Source: Guillardia theta CCMP2712 (lineage: Eukaryota > Protista > Cryptophyta). Taken from it: a DNA stretch of 64,000 nt. Positions 13,256 to 24,543 of the stretch are shown one piece after another. The notes beneath the pieces were generated by a model. That model made no database searches, was not told where the DNA came from, and was given only the letters and a program-made list of their open reading frames with translations. How positions within the stretch are numbered: position 1 is the first letter of the stretch; every line of letters begins with the position of its first letter. The position numbers and the translations under genes were made by a program. The stretch spans positions 377,537 to 441,536 of the forward strand of contig NW_005434607.1 of NCBI RefSeq assembly GCF_000315625.1, written 5' to 3'.

Positions 13256-13972
13256 TCAACTGTTCAGGATGGCGTCGTTCGATATCACGATGTTAATCTT
13301 GTTCGCCTTCCTTCGGGGCACGCGATTGTCTCCCTGCGTTGCCGATCGCTGTTCACAAGCCACCTCATGCAGATCATGCCTTGGAGCTCCTTCCATCACT
13401 GCGGCAGCCAGCTTCCTCGAGCGCATGGTCTGCCAGACGAAAGGATTCCCGTCCTCCGTCCTGGCTCGGTCACCATGCACAGCAGCTCTTACGGCGGATG
13501 GATCCTGGTACGGATTCGAATCACCTTGCCACTCGGTGGGCTGGCAGGAAAGATAGGAGATGTCCTCGCTCCTCTCCCACAAGAATGCTGACTTGAGGAC
13601 CATCTGATAATCTCGGTGAGAGTCAACAGGGGGCTCGCTGGTGTGTTTGTTCTCCGCGTCTCTCAGGAAGTACACGTGCATGGAGGTGATGATGTAAGGA
13701 TCGCCAGGAGAAACTTTTCGCTTGAAGGAGCTGTGTAGACGAACAGCGCCAGGAACCTTGTCGTTCCCCTGCTGGAAATCGCACGGCCTGCATTCATCGC
13801 CAATGGTTATGAAAACGTTCTTCAACAACTGAGAGCTCGGCGGCTTCTTGAAGGTTGAGGTGAGGGAGATTCTGTCTGCTCCCTCTACCTCTGCTACCCT
13901 TCCCAGGTCTCTGTACCTCGATGACCGCAGCCATGCTCTGCACAGCCGCGTTCCACCGTTTCTACTCCGCAT
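13256..13972 (-). CDS. Hypothetical protein
   Basis: Open frame of about 238 codons from ATG 13972 with protein-like composition; no recognised motif. Confidence 0.35.
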   Translation of the reverse strand: MRSRNGGTRLCRAWLRSSRYRDLGRVAEVEGADRISLTSTFKKPPSSQLLKNVFITIGDECRPCDFQQGNDKVPGAVRLHSSFKRKVSPGDPYIITSMHVYFLRDAENKHTSEPPVDSHRDYQMVLKSAFLWERSEDISYLSCQPTEWQGDSNPYQDPSAVRAAVHGDRARTEDGNPFVWQTMRSRKLAAAVMEGAPRHDLHEVACEQRSATQGDNRVPRRKANKINIVISNDAILNS

Positions 13973-15696
13973 CGCCTCTGCCTGTGCCTTTCCTTGCTTA
14001 GCCTTACCTACCCCCAACGTATACCACCCACCCCCCCTTTCTCAAGACCCCCACCCCCTTCCCCCTCAACAGTCTATGGTTCAACCTTCGGTACCCCCAC
14101 CCTGAAACTGTTGTCCACCCCACCAGGAAAGGCAGTACTACCCCACCATACATAACCTCAAAATTTTCAGTAGACACAAATGCGTCATACAAATCCCTCT
14201 TCTATAATAAGTTTTAACTTCAAATTTGTACCAGAAAAATAGTTGAGATTTTCTTTGTACTGGTTGTTGCCGGCACCATTTCTTGGCTACCCTGTGTGGC
14301 TCCCAGCTACCCTGCGTACCCCTACACTTGTTATTGTAAACCACCCCTGCAAATCGTTTCAGTTCAATCACCCCACCCATGCTTTCTCAAATATCACCCC
14401 ACCCTTGGTTATAGAAATTCCACCCACCCTTGACTGAGAGGTTTTCATAAGTCCCTACCCTATTCACATCAGGTACCCCTACCTACTATTTGTTCAATAG
14501 TACCCCACCTATCCTTAGAATCCGGTTTCTTGGTGATGAAAATGCGCATCAGGCTGTCAAAGCGGTGGCGCGAGAAGGACTGATGAAAGATATGAGAGGA
14601 GGGGGAGAGAAGGAGGGATAGAGGGTGTGTCAGTGAGTTGAGAGCAGTGAGGGAAGGAGGGAGAGCTTGATGAGAGGAGAGGCGAGGAGAGGCGAGGATG
14701 AGTGCCCTTTGCACAGGTGAAAAGAGAACCATGGGGGAGGTGAGGGTGATAGAATGGAAGATCGATTGATAGGGGCGAAGACCTGCTATGATGATTGCGA
14801 TAAAAACAATGATGATGTGAAGGAGGAGCAGGAGCAGGAGCAGGAGCAGAAGGAGGATGGGGATGGTGGTGGGGTGGTGGTGATGGTGGTGATGACGATG
14901 ACGAGGAGGAGCAGGAGGAGGACAATGGTTGTGATGGTATTGATGATAAGGAGCAGGATCAGGATCAGGATCAGGAACAGAAGGATTGTGTTGTTGTTGT
15001 TATCATTGATGATGACGATGATGAGAAGGAGGAGGAGGAGATCCCTTCTGGTGATTCATCTGATCTGGAGAGCTGAGATGAGGGCGGCAAATTTCTCGTG
15101 ACCTGTTTCGCCTGAATGATTGGAATGAGCGCTTTGAAAGAAGTCAGATGTTAATTTCCTGGAAAAACTAGAAGAGTCTAGCAGGAACCGAGGTCTTCTC
15201 GTTTGAAGATGTAGTCATACGTATGATTATCTTGGTGTTGGCGTACAAAGATGAAAATGCTATTTCCTTGGGCTTTGACTCATCTAGGAAACTCTGCTAG
15301 ACTGTGGAAAGGAGGAAGCATCAGTTTATTAGGAGGCAGGAACTTCTGATGCTCGAATGAAGCATTGCTGGTTAAGGTTACTGACGTGTTGTACAAACAG
15401 GCAGAGATATCTTCAGATGCAGCGCGCTTTCGCCGGCCTCGGTCGTGGACGTTGCTAAGAATTCGGATGGGGTTCTGATACAGTCCTTGTGAATCGTCTC
15501 CACAAGTATTCGCCCTCACAAGCCTTGAGACCTGGACGTGAAGAGCAGAAGTCCAAGTATTCCTCTCCACATCGCTCGCCCCTATTCCTTCCAGTTACAC
15601 AGAGCTCGGCTCTTTCGTACAGGCTGGGCGGCAATTTTTCTTGGGATTCATACTGTGTTGTGCAAAGCGCACAAGCAGGGAGTGAGGATTTCTCCG

Positions 15697-18243
15697 ATGA
15701 AGAGATCTTCGCGAACAGCAAGCATCAAGTCATATGCCACGAGCTCGACGAAGGTGAAGGAGCCGCCGAATTGCGGCATCGATGTGTTGGAAGTCGAGGA
15801 GATTGATGCGATAGCATGCGGAGTCGAGCCGACAAGAGAGCAGCTGAAGAGGATCTATGGGCTGAACCACAGGATCGTCCATCCTTGCCTGAGTGAAGAG
15901 GAGATGAAATCCAATCAGAAATGGAATCCCAACTGCTTTGCTGGACTTGGGTGGAAGGTGAAGAAGAAACCGAAGCCACAAGAGACCAAGGAGTTTGTTT
16001 CTTCCATCGTGAGAAGTCCGAAGGTGCCGTATGGAGGCCTAAAGAACCTAGGGGCCACCTGCTATATGAACAGCATGCTGCAGTGCCTTTACTTCAACAA
16101 AGAGTTCCGGCGCAACATCATGGGGCTTTCTCAGGATGAGTTTCCAGAGAGCGTCCGGAGCTGCCTGCCATTGCAAGAACTGCAGAAGCTCTTCGCGAAC
16201 CTCGAGATCTCTTGCGCGAGGTCGTTTGACACCACTCCCTTCGCCAAGTCCCTGCGGTTGGATTGTTCCGTGCAGCAGGATGCGCAGGAGTTCCTGAAGC
16301 TGCTGCTGAGCTTCCTCGAGCAAACACTGGCGCAGAGCAGCGTGCCAGAAGAGGCAAAGGCGTTCATTCAGGATGATTTCAGGGGGACGTACTCATACTG
16401 CACCAAATGCTCGGTCTGTGGATACACGTCAAGGCCCGAGGTCTCGTTCTACGACCTGGACCTGAAGGTGCAAGGGATCTCGACGCTAGAGGAGAGCCTT
16501 GACGATTTCATCAAGAAGGAGGACCTGGATGGGGAGAACATGTACCAGTGTCAGCATTGCAACATCAAGGTGAAGGCGCAAAGAGGGATCGAGCTGATCT
16601 CTTTACCTCGCGTGCTCAACCTGCAGCTGCTGCGGTTCGTGTACGATATCAAGTCAGGGAACCGGCGCAAGGTAAGCTCTCAGATCTCCTTCCCGAAGGT
16701 TCTAGATCTCTCGAATTGGTGCGGACAAGCCAAGTCCGAATCTAGCGCCCAACAACAGCAGAATGGGGCAGAGAAGAGGAAGAGGAGGAAGACGGAGAAA
16801 GCGGCAGCCAATGGCGCGGCAGTGGAGAGGAATGGCAAGGAGATGGGAGCACACTGCTCAGAGAATCCCTACTTGTACGAGCTTCAGTGCGTGATTGTCC
16901 ACACTGGCTCCAGCGCTGTGCAGGGTCACTACATCGCGCACGTGAAAGAGAATGTGGACGGGAAATGGTGGAGGTTCGATGATGACGTGGTAACGACTCT
17001 GGACGATGACGACTACCTTGGGACGGATGAGGCGATAGCGAAGGCGAGGAAGAGGCTAAAGGCGGAGGAGGCGGCGGAGCTGGAGGGTAGAGTGAAATCG
17101 AAGGACGCGTACATGCTGATCTACAAGAGGAAGGAGCCAGAGCAGCACTTGAGGGAGGACCTTGCTAATTTCATTCCGTCGCATCTAAGAACAGCCATCG
17201 AAGAACAGAACCGGTCGGCTTGCTCGCTACTGACGATCATGTTTGTGCTGAATGTTGATGTTGGACAGGAAACACGAGCAAGAGGCTCAGAACGAGATGG
17301 AGGTGCAGAGATCAGAGGCGGATGTCATGTGAGCTCCGCTGCATCCCTCTGTTTGGCAGCTGACCGCAGGAATCAGCGTGCAGGCGGAGATCAGGAAGGA
17401 GAATCTTTTCAGATCGCTGCCATGCATGGTCCGTGCTTCGGTCGTTCTCCTCGAAGGTGACTGACGAAGGTCCTTCCACTTTAGGAAGGAGACGGTTTCT
17501 TCATCTCGACAGATTGGCTGAAGCATTGGATCTCTTTGGACCCCATCTCAGACACGTATGCCTTGCTACATCCACTCATTTCCAAGTTACCTCCTCTGAT
17601 TTCTTGCCCTTTCCGCGCACCAGCTGTGACAAGGTCAACAACAAGCTCATCTCCTCACAGTATGGATTGCCAGATCCGCGCAAGGTCTGCTCGCTGACAG
17701 CTTCTTGCTCCTCCGGCTTCCTCCTCGATCTCTCCTCCACCTCCTCCCTCCTCCCTCCTCCTTCCTCCCTCCTCCCTCCTCCCTCCTCCTCCCTCCTCCC
17801 TCCTCCTTCCTCCCTCCTCCCTCCTCCCTCCTCCCTCCTCCCTCCTCCCTCAGCAGCCTTTGACCTCACCATCTTCAGGTCCACGAGATGAAGTGCATCA
17901 GCGAGGAGGCATGGAATGCGATCTTGGTGCAATACGGGCAGAAGGAGGACTCTACCGCCCTCCCCACCACAGCTCTCTGCGTACAAGTGAGTACTTGGTG
18001 AGCCTCCGGCCCTGCCCGGCCAACTGACGCTGGCGGCCCGGCAGACCGTCACATCCGAGTGCAAAGATCGAGTGCAGAGAAGAGAAGCACGCGATCTCAT
18101 AGAAAGGCTCAAGGAGCTGCTGGCGCAGACGCCTGACCCTGACGACCGCAAGGCTTTCTGGGTACGTCTCCTCTACATCCTGAATTGTGTCGTCGTCATC
18201 GTCGTCGTCGTCGTCGTCATCATCATTATCATCATCATCATCG

Positions 18244-18274
<31 letters not shown>

Positions 18275-18712
18275 ACCCGTCCTTGGCCACACCTCCTCTT
18301 CTTCCACCTCCCCACTCCCAACTTTGCCTTGACTTCTCCTCTCTCTGTGATCCTTGCATTCTTCTGATCGACGAGCAGATCTCGAAGCAAGTGTGCAAGG
18401 AAGTCACCATGGGCAAGGACCTCTCCACGATCTCAGACGTGAGGGGAGAAAGCATCGTCTGCAGGTGGTGCCATGTTGAAGAGCACGTTCAGTTCTGACG
18501 TAGAGGGTTGCAGTCCATCTCCTACTCTTGACGAGAAGACGAAGCAGAAGTGTCTAGAGAACAAGGGGTTGTGCACTAACAAAAGCCTGCGGAGGCTGAT
18601 CTCAGCCGAGGCCAAGAAGTTCATTGAAGATCGAAACCTTGGGGTGGGACTGGAAAGATGATGATAATAGAGATGATGATTATAGACATGATGATGATGT
18701 TGTTGTTGATGT

Positions 18713-18764
<52 letters not shown>

Positions 18765-21700
18765 AGCAGCATACAGGCGATGATGGTGATGGTGCCAAGT
18801 ACGATGATTGTGGTGTTGGCGATGATCGAGATGGAGATGACGATTATGGAGACGATGTCGAGCAAGAGAGGCTGATGGGAGTGCAGTTTGTGATGTATCC
18901 TTCCACGGCGGAGTGCTGTCCCTTCTGCAGCAGGCATGCGGAGTTCGAGGCCGAGAATGCCAAACAGGTCAAGCTTGCTGCTTGCGGGAGCCTCTGCTGA
19001 TGCGACCTCTTGGGTGCAGATTCGAGCGAGCAGGGCTGATTTCCGCAAGAAAGTCAAGGCCGTATTCGAGGGAAATTCGATCAAGTTGAAGAACGAGCAG
19101 AAATATTTCCTGATCTCAACGGAGTGGGTTGATCATTTCAAGGATTGGGTTCAGGTGCCCCCATGCTCTCATGCAATATGCCCCTTCCTCCCATTGCTGC
19201 TGCTCTCATCGCTCCTCCTTTCTCCTTCCTCCTCTTCTTCCCCATCCTCCTCCTCCTCGGCTCATATCGCATCGCAGATCCCGGAGATACAAGAGCTCCG
19301 TCCCATCGACAACAGCCCACTGCTGGTGCCCAAAGACGCGGAGGAGAGCGAGCGGGGAAAGCTGCAGTACGATCCGTCCGACCTCTCCCAGATCGACCTG
19401 CCCTACATCTGGGCAAGCGAGGAGGATTGGAAAACTCTGCAGCATCGGGCGGGAGGAGGTCCCGCAATCATGGTTTCCCCGATCCTCGATCAGCAGTCGT
19501 GGTACTCCCTGCCTCTCTCTTCCCCCATCGCCCAGAGGCCACGACCTCAAGTCACTCCCCCCCCCCCCCCCCCACGCCCCCGCCCTGCGCTCAATCCGCT
19601 GCCTTCCTTCACCTTCGTTTGATCACGTTGCAACTTCTCAAGAGTCCTCTGCTTTCGTCTTCCCCTCCTCCATCCCCTCAACCTCTGCTCGCCTTCTTCG
19701 TTCGTTTGCACCTCTTCCTCTTCCTCGCTCTCCGTCCTGTTCCTTCTCCTTCTCCGCATACTCCCCTGCTCCCAACTGCCACAGCGCTGACTTTGTCACA
19801 AGGTGCGGAGACATTTTAGTCAACAGGGCACCCAAGATGAACGGATACACGGGAGCCATCGTATGCATCACGGAGCCTCAGACGAGCGAGCGATATGTCA
19901 AGATGAGGAAGGAGAACGAGCGGACGCAGAGGCTGACCTTCCACAACGGCACTCTGAACATCGTCAAGCGGCATGGAGGGGCAGGAGGGGCGGGAGGTGC
20001 GGGAGGAGCAGCGGTGGCGGCGAGCAGGTCGGGAGAGAGCGGCTCACGGAGACTGCGGAATCGGAAGGGAGAGATGCAGGTGCAGTCTCGCTGGTGCAGG
20101 GACAATCCGCTCCTGCCCGCACCCTCTCCTCTCCTCTCCTCCTCTCCTCTCCCCTCCTCTCCTCTCCTCTCCTCTCCTCTCCTCTCCTCTCCTCTCCTCC
20201 TCTCCTCTCCTCTCCTCTCCTCTCCTCTCCTCTCCTCTCCTCTCCTCTTCATCGCTTTGATGGCGTATGTGATCGCTGCGGGGACTGAAGAGAGTCTCAA
20301 ATATTTCACTCCTCTGAGATTTCAGGTCTTGTGCANNNNNNNNNNNNNNNNNNNNNNNNNNNNNNNNNNNNNNNNNNNNNNNNNNNNNNNNNNNNNNNNN
20401 NNNNNNNNNNNNNNNNNNNNNNNNNNNNNNNNNNNNNNNNNNNNNNNNNNNNNNNNNNNNNNNNNNNNNNNNNNNNNNNNNNNNNNNNNNNNNNNNNNNN
20501 NNNNNNNNNNNNNNNNNNNNNNNNNNNNNNNNNNNNNNNNNNNNNNNNNNNNNNNNNNNNNNNNNNNNNNNNNNNNNNNNNNNNNNNNNNNNNNNNNNNN
20601 NNNNNNNNNNNNNNNNNNNNNNNNNNNNNNNNNNNNNNNNNNNNNNNNNNNNNNNNNNNNNNNNNNNNNNNNNNNNNNNNNNNNNNNNNNNNNNNNNNNN
20701 NNNNNNNNNNNNNNNNNNNNNNNNNNNNNNNNNNNNNNNNNNNNNNNNNNNNNNNNNNNNNNNNNNNNNNNNNNNNNNNNNNNNNNNNNNNNNNNNNNNN
20801 NNNNNNNNNNNNNNNNNNNNNNNNNNNNNNNNNNNNNNNNNNNNNNNNNNNNNNNNNNNNNNNNNNNNNNNNNNNNNNNNNNNNNNNNNNNNNNNNNNNN
20901 NNNNNNNNNNNNNNNNNNNNNNNNNNNNNNNNNNNNNNNNNNNNNNNNNNNNNNNNNNNNNNNNNNNNNNNNNNNNNNNNNNNNNNNNNNNNNNNNNNNN
21001 NNNNNTCCTCCTCTCCTCCTCCTCCCCTCCTCCTCTCCTCTCCTCTCCTCTCCTCCCTCCTCCTCCTCCTCCTCCTCTCCTCCTCCCTCCCTCCCTCCTC
21101 TCTCCTCTCCTCTCCTCTCCTCTCCTCTCCTCTCCTCTCCTCTCCTCTCCTTCTTGTCCTGTTGTCTTGCTCCCATCCATCCCTCCCTTCTCCTCTCTCC
21201 CCATCCCTCCTCCTCTCTCTCCCTCCTCTCCCTCCTTCCCTTCTTCCCTCCTTTTCCCTCATCTTTTCTCTGTGTTCCGCCGATTCTCATGATCTCCGGG
21301 CGAGTGCAGGTGAAAGCCTCTCACGACGACACCGTCCAGTCCGTGAAGCTTCAGATCTACAACTTCTACGGGATCCCTCCCAACGATCAGGCAGCCGTTG
21401 AGGGCCAACCAACGGTCGTTGTGCTGACCTTCCCCCAGATCTTGTCCTACGACGGCAAGGAGCTATCTCCCGCAGAGAGGAAGCTTGCTGACTTCGGTGA
21501 CTTCTCCTGCTTGCCTGCCTCCAGTCTGACGATGCTGGCAGAGGTGCTGAAGGACTCGACAATCATCCTGGTCGTCAAGGGGGCGGAGGACGCAGAACCC
21601 TCCAAGAGACAAGACGACGACGAGCAAGGGGCTGGTTTTACTGGAACCGTCCTGTCAGGGTTGTACCTGCCGAGTGCTGAGCGGCCGAAGGACAACGAGG

Positions 21701-21822
21701 TGGGGACGAAGACTAAGGCAGAAGATGGTGATGAAGAGATGCGCGGTGATGAAGAGATGCGCGAGCGGGAGGAACAGTCGGGGGGTGACGACTCGGACGA
21801 CGATGTCATCACGATCAATTGA
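15697..21822 (+). CDS. USP48: Ubiquitin carboxyl-terminal hydrolase, USP48/UBP26-like (peptidase C19, DUSP-like repeats, C-terminal ubiquitin-like domain)
   Basis: N-terminal ...NPNCFAGLG, Cys box GLKNLGATCYMNSMLQCLY, QQDAQEF, His box HTGSSAVQGHYIAHVK...WWRFDD...AYMLIY, DUSP-like YFLISTEWVDHFKDW, UBL DTVQSVKLQIYNFYGIPPNDQ and the end motif GFTGTVL. Many introns; one contains an N-gap. Confidence 0.85.
18190..18272. repeat. (CAT/CGT)n intronic microsatellite
   Basis: Direct reading; lies in a USP48 intron. Confidence 0.9.
18657..18762. repeat. (GAT)n intronic microsatellite
   Basis: Direct reading. Confidence 0.9.
20122..21150. repeat. (CCTCT)n intronic microsatellites flanking an assembly gap (N 20336-21005)
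   Basis: Direct reading. Confidence 0.85.
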
Positions 21823-21946
21823 GAGCTTTCCAGGGCTTAGGATTGTATTATGTGCATACCGCTTTGCTTATTGAGGGAGATTACTGTACAGAATGAAGAT
21901 GGTTTGTAAAGTAGGTCGAGGACGTGGGCTGAGGCGATGGCTTCGC

Positions 21947-22738
21947 TCATAGGGAGTCTGCCTTGTTCAGGTACTTGCGGTAGATCTCAAAGTTTTCTCT
22001 CTGTTGTTCGATCAAGTTGTGGATCAAGGAGTCACTGAAGTCCTCCGCTGCATGGTTGACCTCCTCTTCATCCTCCTCCTTGATGTCCATGGCAGCACGG
22101 TCAGCGCCAAAGGACGGAATATGGTGGTCCAGTGGCGCCAGCGTGCCCTGAGGGAGGTTCTTGGCCTTGTAGCGAGAGGTAGCAGGCATCATCTGAATCG
22201 CTGCGAAGACGCGGGAGCGGACGCGCATCAGCGGGGAGCTGCTGCCTTTCCCCTTCTTGTGCCCTTGCTGGTCTGCATCGAGGGACGTGGGATGCTTCTT
22301 GGACCCTGCCACAGGGGAGTTGAGGCCGTCTCGTCCTAGCAAGTCGTCCATCCCCTGACTTGCGTCGATGGTGTCGATGGTGTGCCACTTCCGCATGATT
22401 GACAGATCTCGCGCTTGACGACTTTGAGCTTGACCCTTCACCGACGACACGGCCCATCCCCCCGTGCTATCTTGCTTGCCGTTCGTCGCCGTGTCTGGTT
22501 CCGGAGACCAAGAAAAGGAAGGCTCGTCCGGCATGCTGATCCTCCGATCCCGAGTGGTGGGAGGAATCATTACTACGTTCTTCTTGTGGCGGATGGAGAA
22601 ACGGTCTGGGTCATTGCGGGGCTGCGGCAGGTCAAGAGATCGCCTGGTCATCGCTACGTCGCTCCTGATCTTGGCAACGGGAGAGAGCCGACCCCTCTCG
22701 AAGTTGGGGATCGCAGAGATGTTTTCTAACGCTGTCAT
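21947..22738 (-). CDS. Hypothetical low-complexity protein (large last exon; upstream exons probably near 23230-23380)
   Basis: 263-codon ORF with host-like codon usage, convergent with USP48. Confidence 0.55.
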   Translation of the reverse strand: MTALENISAIPNFERGRLSPVAKIRSDVAMTRRSLDLPQPRNDPDRFSIRHKKNVVMIPPTTRDRRISMPDEPSFSWSPEPDTATNGKQDSTGGWAVSSVKGQAQSRQARDLSIMRKWHTIDTIDASQGMDDLLGRDGLNSPVAGSKKHPTSLDADQQGHKKGKGSSSPLMRVRSRVFAAIQMMPATSRYKAKNLPQGTLAPLDHHIPSFGADRAAMDIKEEDEEEVNHAAEDFSDSLIHNLIEQQRENFEIYRKYLNKADSL

Positions 22739-22899
22739 GGCTGACTGGGATTGAGATGAATTGTAGGTATCGCAGGGAAGTTAAACAGGTGTTCACGCCT
22801 TCAAATCTGCACAGCAAGAGTTCAGCTGAAGGTGTGTTGTGACATATGATCTCCGCTATTAGCCCATCTCTACCCATCTCCTTTCATTCCCTCACATTC

Positions 22900-23580
22900 C
22901 CCATGTCATGTCATGTCATGTCATCCCATCCCATCCCATCTTTTCCTATCTCTTCTCATCTCTTCTCATCTCATATGATCTCTTCTCATTTAATCATCTC
23001 AGCTCAGCTCAGCTCATCGCATTGCATCCCATCCCATCTCATCCCATCTCATCCCATCTCATCTCATCCCATCTCATCCCATCCCATCCCATCTCATCTC
23101 ATCCCATCTCATCCCATCCCATCCCATCCCATCCCATCCCATCCCATCTCCTCTCCTCTCCTCTCCTCTCCTCTCCTCTCCTCTCCTCTCCTCTCCTCTC
23201 CTCTCGTCGTCAGTGTCAGCGTCACTCTCTGACTTCTCTCAGAATCCTCTTACGACCTTCATGTATCGCTTGTCCGAAGCCCCAACGCTGCAGGTTCATC
23301 GCCTCCTCCCCTCCCTCCCTCCTCTGACCGGCATCAAGTTTTTCAAGAATGTGCTCTTCGTCGCGTCGCCCCAGGACGGATANNNNNNNNNNNNNNNNNN
23401 NNNNNNNNNNNNNNNNNNNNNNNNNNNNNNNNNNNNNNNNNNNNNNNNNNNNNNNNNNNNNNNNNNNNNNNNNNNNNNNNNNTCATCTCATCTCATCTCA
23501 TCTCAGCTCATCTCATCTCAGCTCAGCTCATCTCATCTCATCTCATCTCATCTCATCTCAGCTCATCTCATCTATCTCTT
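22900..23580. repeat. (CATCC/CATCT/CCTCT)n pentanucleotide microsatellites around an N-gap
   Basis: Direct reading. Confidence 0.85.
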
Positions 23581-24543
23581 CTCTCCTCTTCTCTCCTCTT
23601 CCTCTCCTCTTCTCTTCTCGTCTCTTCCGACCTCTCTTGTCATCCTTGAATCTTTTTCCGCCATCGCGGCCCCTTTGACTTCTTTCCACCATCAACTACC
23701 CTACCTCCCTGGAACTTGCCCGCCTCCTTGACTACCCTCTAAGCTTTAACACCAACATTCAAGTACCCCTACTTAAGTATTATTTCTCTGGAGGAGATGA
23801 GGGGTACTGACACCTAAAGACTGTCATTGTACCCCTACTGGTGCAACTATTCTTTTGCCCTACCCCTCATGAAGTAAGCATTTTTAGCACTGATATGGCC
23901 ACCTAGGACCTGCATAAGAATTCCTAGGCACCCCTTTGACTCGCTAGAAACTTTTCTTTTTACAAGATGGGGCCTAAAAGACTTTAATAATTTTAAAAAA
24001 CTTGTAATGCACATGTTCGACGATGCCACAACAAATACGATATAATCATATAATTATGTAAAATTATAATATTGTTAAGAGGTACAATCTTGACAATTCA
24101 CTCCACGGATGACGACTAAAATCTTTCTAAATTTATTAAAACATTATAGAATCAATAAAATTACTTTTACTGGTTGTAAGAAGGCAGAATGCGAATGGGG
24201 TTCGTAAAGCCCGCAAAAAGGCTATACAGGATTCGCCAGATTGTACCTGCAGGATTCCCGGTACTGATTTTGTACCAAAGGGTCACAGTTTTACAAATGA
24301 ATTAGTGGAGAAAGTGTACTGTGCCTTCTTTGTATCTGTTTCACAGGTACAGATTATCTGGGTATAAAAGTAACTAGTAGCATCCTGCCTTACAAGCAGT
24401 GTCACAAAACTTGATATGGTACTAATTTATATTTTCTTATTTGGAGTTATTGTATGAGCTGCAGGATGCATCCAAACCTCTGGTACAAAATACAATTCCA
24501 CTACTGTACACTTTTATTTGTCTCAGGCTTCAGCTTGTACGGG

